Part shown: one piece after another, positions 55,586 to 60,220 of the stretch
Layout: each line of letters opens with the position of its first letter
Position numbering within the stretch: position 1 is the first letter of the stretch
Source of the DNA: Clostridiales bacterium
GTDB lineage: Bacteria; Bacillota; Limnochordia; Darwinibacteriales; B1SED10-159
Assembly: GCA_003551965.1 (NCBI GenBank)
Contig: PUOC01000038.1
Location: 1-60,220, forward strand
Length of the DNA: 60,220 nucleotides
Reading direction: 5' to 3'
Notes under the pieces: generated by a model
Databases searched by the model: none
Seen by the model: only the letters and a program-made list of their open reading frames with translations
What the model was told of the DNA's origin: nothing
Made by a program: the position numbers and the translations under genes

Positions 55586-58277
55586 GGTGTTGGTGCACCA
55601 TCAGGCAGAGGGAAGGCGGATGGGTGATCGGCCGAAGGACGGCATGCCGGCCGTGCAGGGGCAGTACACCACGGCACTCCACGCTGTTGACAGAAGCCAA
55701 GTGCATACAGCCGGTGGGAAAGGTGCCAACTTAGGAGAGATGATCCAGGCCGGCCTGCCCGTGCCCGGAGGCTTTGTGGTCACAACCGGCGCCTATGCCC
55801 GTTTCACCGCCGCCAATCAACTGGATGAGCGCATAGACCGTATTCTAGAGGAGATGGATGGCGAAGACAATGCTTCCATGCAGGATGCGGCCGACGCCAT
55901 TTGGCAGATGTTCGGCGCTGCTGTTATACCCGCGGACATTGCCTGGGATATCCAACGGGCCTTTGCGGCCATGCCTGGAAGAACTGCCGCCGTGCGGTCT
56001 TCTGCCACGGCTGAAGATCTGCCCGGCATGTCCTTTGCCGGACAATATAACACGTATCTGCATGTGGCAGGCGGGGACGAACTGCAAATGGCCATTAAGA
56101 ACTGCTGGGCATCGTTGTGGAATTACAGGGCTCTGGCCTATCGGGTTCGCTGGGGCATCGGCAGTGGGAACCTGGCCCATGCTGTGGTGGTTCAGGCCAT
56201 GGTAGATGCCGAGAAGGCCGGCATCTTGTTTACCGCCAATCCGGTCAACGGACGTCGTGACCAAATGCTTCTCAATGCTTCGTGGGGATTGGGGGAAGCT
56301 GTGGTCAGCGGTGAAGTCACACCGGATCAGTGGGTGATGGAGACCGGATCCGGCCGGATTATTGAGGAACGGGTGGCGCGCAAGCAGGTCATGACCGTAC
56401 GTAAAGATAGGGGCACAGTCACACAGGACGTCCCTAGAGAGCACCGGGACACAGTCTCACTGAATCGTGAAGAGCTAGAATCCCTGCGGCAGCTGGCCGT
56501 GCGCACGGAGGAGTATTTCGGCTGCCCCCAGGACATCGAATGGGCCGTGCAGGGAGATCGAGTCTATCTTGTACAAACTCGGCCGATTACATCGTTGTAT
56601 CCCCTTCCCCAACGGCGCGGGGACGACGATGATCTGCGGATATGGCTGAACTTCAGTCTCGTGTCCCAGAGCATGCATGAACCCTTTACCCCCATGGGTG
56701 CAAGCGTTTTCCGCAAGACATTCTTGGCACCGGCGCAGCTCTTTGAATCACGCATCCGGGATGAGCGCGATCTTTGGTGGCTGCAGTGCGTCGGCGGGCG
56801 GTTTTTCTTAGATTACACGGAGCTGCTGCGCAATCGCAGATGGTGGCGCCGGGCCATTGTCAATGATTTCATCTCTGATCAGGAACCACTGACCGCCCAA
56901 TGCCTTCTGCAGTGGCTGGAGCGGAACGAAGCAGATGTGACCAGCGGAAGAAGCAGAGCCATTCCATGGATGCTGCGCAAGCTCATACCCTGCCTTAAGA
57001 TCGCTGGGCCCATGATAACTGCAGGCCTATGGGGAACCCTGTTTCCGCTGAAAGCCCGGGAAAAAGCGCTAAACGCCTGGAAGCGCACTGTGCAGAGAGT
57101 TAGAGAGACAGCCGGCCAACTGCATACCACAGAGGAGAAGCTGCGCTTCATTGAAGAAATGACGGGGCGGTACACTTTGGAAGGATTTTCTACCCTGTCT
57201 TACATCGCACCGTCGTTTAGTAATGTCGAGAAAGCAGAGAAGATCGCAGCACCGTATCTGGATGACCATTCTGATTTCCGCAAAGTCGAGCAGTCCCTTC
57301 CCCACAATGCAACCACTAATATGGGCATGGAGCTGATGCAGATCGCGAAAGAGCTGGATCAGAGAAATGAGAATGCACATTTGGATCAGCCGGAAATTCA
57401 ACGGTTCTTAGAGTGCTACGGCCACCGGTCCAATCAGGAAGTGGACCTGGGAGTTGCCCGTTGGGATGAAGAGCCGGAATATGTGGTCAGCATTGTCCAG
57501 TCCTATATAGACAACCAAAGTTATGAGCAGGGGTTAAACAAGTTCTACAACGGGCAATCCGAGGCCCGGGAGGCGATCGAACGGATTGCAGAGAAGCTTC
57601 GCAACGCCGGCGCCCGGCGCCAAGCCAAGAAAGTGGTAAAGCTTCTGAACGATTACCGCAGCGTTTTTGGATTGCGGGAAGAATCCAAGTTTGTCCTGAC
57701 CCAGATCAATCACGTGTTTCGGCAGCTGCTTTGGGAGATAGGCGGGGAACTAGTGGAGCAGGGCAGGCTCGACCATGCCGGAGATGTGTTCTTTGTGCAC
57801 TGGGAAGACCTTCAGTCCCATGGGCCCCTCCAGGGAGCGGCAGCAGCCAACAGAGAGGAGTATCACCGGTTCCGAAGCTTCACTGCACCCCGGGTTCTGA
57901 GCAGTACAGGCGAAGCTGTCCACGCTGTCCCAGAGACCAGCGATGGAGTGTTGACAGGCGTTCCGGTATCCGCCGGCGTCTATACGGGTACGGCCCGGGT
58001 TCTGCATTCGCCCGAAGAAGGCCACAGGCTGCGGAGCGGCGATATTCTTGTAACCCAAGGGACAAATCCCGCCTGGACGCCGCTGTTCTTAAACCTCGGT
58101 GCTATTGTCATGGAGACTGGCGGTCCCATATCCCACGGTGCTGTCGTCGCCAGGGAGTACGGTGTGCCGGCGGTGGTGGGAGTGGCTTCCGCCGTGGATG
58201 CCATCGCAGACGGCCAGCGCATTCGCGTCAACGGCGAATCCGGACAGGTGCAGCTGCTTGATGCAGACCTCCCATAA
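55569..58277 (+). CDS. PEP-utilising three-domain phosphotransferase with rifampin-phosphotransferase (Rph) architecture
   Basis: ATG 55569 lies 5 nt after GAGGAGG. ATGs 55620 and 55644 are alternatives. The N-terminal ATP-grasp has GGKGANLGEM, VAVRSSATAEDLP..SFAGQ and IEWA...VYLVQTRPIT. A large central region follows. The phosphohistidine swivel is at the extreme C-terminus: ILVTQGTNPAWTPLF..GAIVMETGGPISHGAVVAREYGVPAV. That placement distinguishes it from PpsA, where a PEP-binding TIM barrel follows the swivel. Confidence 0.75.
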   Translation: MNRTCEVLVHHQAEGRRMGDRPKDGMPAVQGQYTTALHAVDRSQVHTAGGKGANLGEMIQAGLPVPGGFVVTTGAYARFTAANQLDERIDRILEEMDGEDNASMQDAADAIWQMFGAAVIPADIAWDIQRAFAAMPGRTAAVRSSATAEDLPGMSFAGQYNTYLHVAGGDELQMAIKNCWASLWNYRALAYRVRWGIGSGNLAHAVVVQAMVDAEKAGILFTANPVNGRRDQMLLNASWGLGEAVVSGEVTPDQWVMETGSGRIIEERVARKQVMTVRKDRGTVTQDVPREHRDTVSLNREELESLRQLAVRTEEYFGCPQDIEWAVQGDRVYLVQTRPITSLYPLPQRRGDDDDLRIWLNFSLVSQSMHEPFTPMGASVFRKTFLAPAQLFESRIRDERDLWWLQCVGGRFFLDYTELLRNRRWWRRAIVNDFISDQEPLTAQCLLQWLERNEADVTSGRSRAIPWMLRKLIPCLKIAGPMITAGLWGTLFPLKAREKALNAWKRTVQRVRETAGQLHTTEEKLRFIEEMTGRYTLEGFSTLSYIAPSFSNVEKAEKIAAPYLDDHSDFRKVEQSLPHNATTNMGMELMQIAKELDQRNENAHLDQPEIQRFLECYGHRSNQEVDLGVARWDEEPEYVVSIVQSYIDNQSYEQGLNKFYNGQSEAREAIERIAEKLRNAGARRQAKKVVKLLNDYRSVFGLREESKFVLTQINHVFRQLLWEIGGELVEQGRLDHAGDVFFVHWEDLQSHGPLQGAAAANREEYHRFRSFTAPRVLSSTGEAVHAVPETSDGVLTGVPVSAGVYTGTARVLHSPEEGHRLRSGDILVTQGTNPAWTPLFLNLGAIVMETGGPISHGAVVAREYGVPAVVGVASAVDAIADGQRIRVNGESGQVQLLDADLP

Positions 58278-58354
58278 CAACACGGCTGCGCGTCAGGCTT
58301 GCCACAGCTGTCAGTTTTAGGAAGGTGTTTCAAAATGAAAGGAGTGTTTAAACA

Positions 58355-59158
58355 TTGCAATTTCACAGTCGTTTTGGTTCCATTTATTACGAGTTGCATG
58401 GTTCGAAGGAAAATCCGGCCCTGGTCTTTACCCATGGCGGCGGGCTCAATGGAAGAATGTTCAGCGAGCAAATTGCGGCTTTTGAGGGCGGATACCGCAT
58501 TTTGAACTGGGATATGCCCGGCCATGGACGCTCTAGTGCCTTGACCGAGGCCATGGATCTATGGCAGACAGCGGAATGTCTCACCGATCTGATGGCCCGT
58601 TGCGGACTATCCGAGGCGGTCTTGGTGGGGCAGTCCATGGGAGTTTGGGTAAATCAATTCGCGGCCTTGGACCAGCCCCATCTGGCCAGGGCTCTGGTCA
58701 GTATCGGCGGCGGACCGATTAACCAAGCGATGGCACCGCGTGAACTCTTTCTGTACCGCACTGCCCTGCGGTTGAGCCGCCTGCTGCCAGCCAATTTGAT
58801 CTTCACTCGGGCGGCCCGGGAGAAGACAGTGACTGAAGACGCACGGAACTTCTACTGGAACTCCATGCACGCCATGGGCAAGCAGCAGTTCCTATGGATG
58901 CTGGCCGGAACCATGGAAGCATGCGCCCGGCCGGCGGAGAAGGGCCCAGAACAACCCATCAGCATTATACACGGCGAACACGAACAACCGCGATCGCTGT
59001 TGAATAAGGGCAGGGTTTGGCACGACAGCCTGGAGAACAGCCATTTTGAGGAAATACCGCGTGCCGGCCATAATGCCAACATGGACAATCCGGAAGCGTT
59101 TAACCGAAGTCTAGAGCGATTTTTGACGGCAGTGGAGTATGGGAGGTATGTCAGTTAG
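58355..59158 (+). CDS. alpha/beta-fold hydrolase
   Basis: TTG start after AAAGGAG. LVFTHGGGLNGRMF (oxyanion HGG), the nucleophile elbow GQSMG and the C-terminal GHNANMDNPEAFN (catalytic His) are present. Confidence 0.8.
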   Translation: MQFHSRFGSIYYELHGSKENPALVFTHGGGLNGRMFSEQIAAFEGGYRILNWDMPGHGRSSALTEAMDLWQTAECLTDLMARCGLSEAVLVGQSMGVWVNQFAALDQPHLARALVSIGGGPINQAMAPRELFLYRTALRLSRLLPANLIFTRAAREKTVTEDARNFYWNSMHAMGKQQFLWMLAGTMEACARPAEKGPEQPISIIHGEHEQPRSLLNKGRVWHDSLENSHFEEIPRAGHNANMDNPEAFNRSLERFLTAVEYGRYVS

Positions 59159-59573
59159 CCGGCGCTGGGCCTGCTCTTCTTGAGTGGGCCTTTCGTATAT
59201 TCTGCGGGTCCATCATGCGTTTTTGTGCACTATGATCAGATAAGACGCACGGGGTGTGAAGTTAGATCAGCCCCGAATGCAACGGACCATGGCATGACAA
59301 GCCGTCAGACTGAAGCGGAGAACCAGAATGCACGGGCAGACTGCATAGGGAGGAAACTGGACTGCTTATGGAGAACGGGATGCTGGAAAAGGCAGCCGTT
59401 TCCTTGGCCCACAGGGGACAAACCCGGGTACGATTGGGCTCTCTAACATCGCCAAGGAAACGTAAGAATCCATGCCAGAAGCTGTTGCAGAGACACTGCT
59501 TCATTGGCGGCGGCGGAAACCGCGGACGCGGCATTGTAGGGAAACAAGAATACGGAAAGCGAGGCGTTTGTTG

Positions 59574-60220
59574 ATGAAAGTAGCAGTGATCGGGTGCGGG
59601 ACTATTGCCAATTCGGCTCATATCCCGGCCTACATGAAAAACGACAAAGCGGAAATTGCTTATTTCTGCGACATCATCCCAGAGCGCGCCGAACAGGCTG
59701 TGGAGACGTACGGCTGTGGTGTGGCCGTGACCGATTACAAGGATATACTGAAGGACGAAACGGTGGATGCGGTGTCTGTGTGTACGCCGAACAACGTTCA
59801 TGCAGCCATTGCCATCGATTGCCTCCATGCTGGAAAGCATGTCCTCTGCGAGAAACCCGCGGCTCGGAACATGGATGAAGTGAAGAAGATGCAAAAGGCC
59901 CAGCATGAAAGCGGCAAAGTGTTGAACATCGGTGTGGTCAACCGCTTCAACAAGAGTGTCAATATGATCAAAGATTACATTGATGCCGGCAAGTTGGGCG
60001 ATGTCTACCACGTTTATGCCAGTTTCCGCTCCCATCGCTCCATTCCCGGTCTGGGCGGCGATTTCACCAACAAGGATGTGGCGGGCGGCGGTGTGCTCAT
60101 TGACTGGGGTGTTCACTTTCTGGATATTGTCATGTACTGCTGCGGTGACCCCGCTCCGAAGACCGTCACGGGGGAAACGTTCTCCAAATTGGGCAAAGAT
60201 ATGGAGAACTATACCTACAA
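59574..60220 (+). CDS. Gfo/Idh/MocA-family NAD(P)-dependent oxidoreductase, truncated by the right window edge
   Basis: Absent from the ORF track because there is no stop in the window. ATG 59574 lies 9 nt after GAGG. The hand translation is MKVAVIGCGTIANSAHIPAYMKNDKAEIAYFCDIIPERAEQAVETYG...VCTPNNVHAAIAIDCLHAGKHVLCEKP. This gives a Rossmann GxGxxA motif and the EKP motif. Confidence 0.8.
   Translation, partial: MKVAVIGCGTIANSAHIPAYMKNDKAEIAYFCDIIPERAEQAVETYGCGVAVTDYKDILKDETVDAVSVCTPNNVHAAIAIDCLHAGKHVLCEKPAARNMDEVKKMQKAQHESGKVLNIGVVNRFNKSVNMIKDYIDAGKLGDVYHVYASFRSHRSIPGLGGDFTNKDVAGGGVLIDWGVHFLDIVMYCCGDPAPKTVTGETFSKLGKDMENYTY

Noticed and set aside
59262-60116. 284-aa minus-strand ORF
   Set aside because: It is antisense to a clearly recognisable Gfo/Idh/MocA oxidoreductase (MKVAVIGCGTIANSAH...EKP) that runs off the window edge and is therefore missing from the ORF track. 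The minus-strand product has no recognisable features.
1-60220. Scan for CRISPR arrays, tRNA/rRNA genes, IS elements, integrases and phage or toxin-antitoxin modules
   Set aside because: By eye I saw no regularly spaced direct repeats, no tRNA T-arm/acceptor signatures, and no transposase, integrase or recombinase motifs. A computational scan (tRNAscan-SE, Infernal, ISfinder, minced) is still needed to confirm this.

Overview
About 60 kb of GC-rich bacterial chromosome (high-50s percent by eye). Signals are Gram-positive in style: strong GGAGG-type Shine-Dalgarno sites, many GTG/TTG starts, and clean GC-rich hairpin terminators between convergent genes. I call about 50 protein-coding genes or fragments. 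I found no rRNA, tRNA, CRISPR array, transposase or integrase.

Most of the content is cytoplasmic carbohydrate catabolism:
- A ROK-regulated hexuronate cluster: Bh0493-type uronate isomerase, UxaE, UxaA and GH172.
- GH3, GH84 and a cytoplasmic GH13 amylase.
- An amino-sugar cluster: GHL-like protein, DUF4127, NanE, CE7 esterase, ROK kinase and a Cys-type sulfatase.

Between these lie envelope or secreted proteins of unknown role:
- A Cys-rich secreted peptide.
- An anchored HEAT-repeat protein with a very acidic linker.
- A protein with four tandem PPC-like repeats.
- A lipoprotein with an FGE-type lectin-fold domain, which is split by a frameshift.

There is also a peptide-type ABC importer without ATPase genes followed by an M20 amidohydrolase, and several resistance-like enzymes: a TetM-like GTPase, three APH-fold kinases and an Rph-architecture phosphotransferase.

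The most system-like candidate I can support is at 51.3-59.2 kb. A large STAND/LuxR (LAL-type) regulator is translationally coupled to an APH-fold kinase. It sits divergent from small overlapping ORFs, an Rph-like PEP-dependent phosphotransferase and an alpha/beta hydrolase.

All family calls come from motif recognition by eye and memory. No searches were run. Start codons were chosen by Shine-Dalgarno spacing and are provisional.
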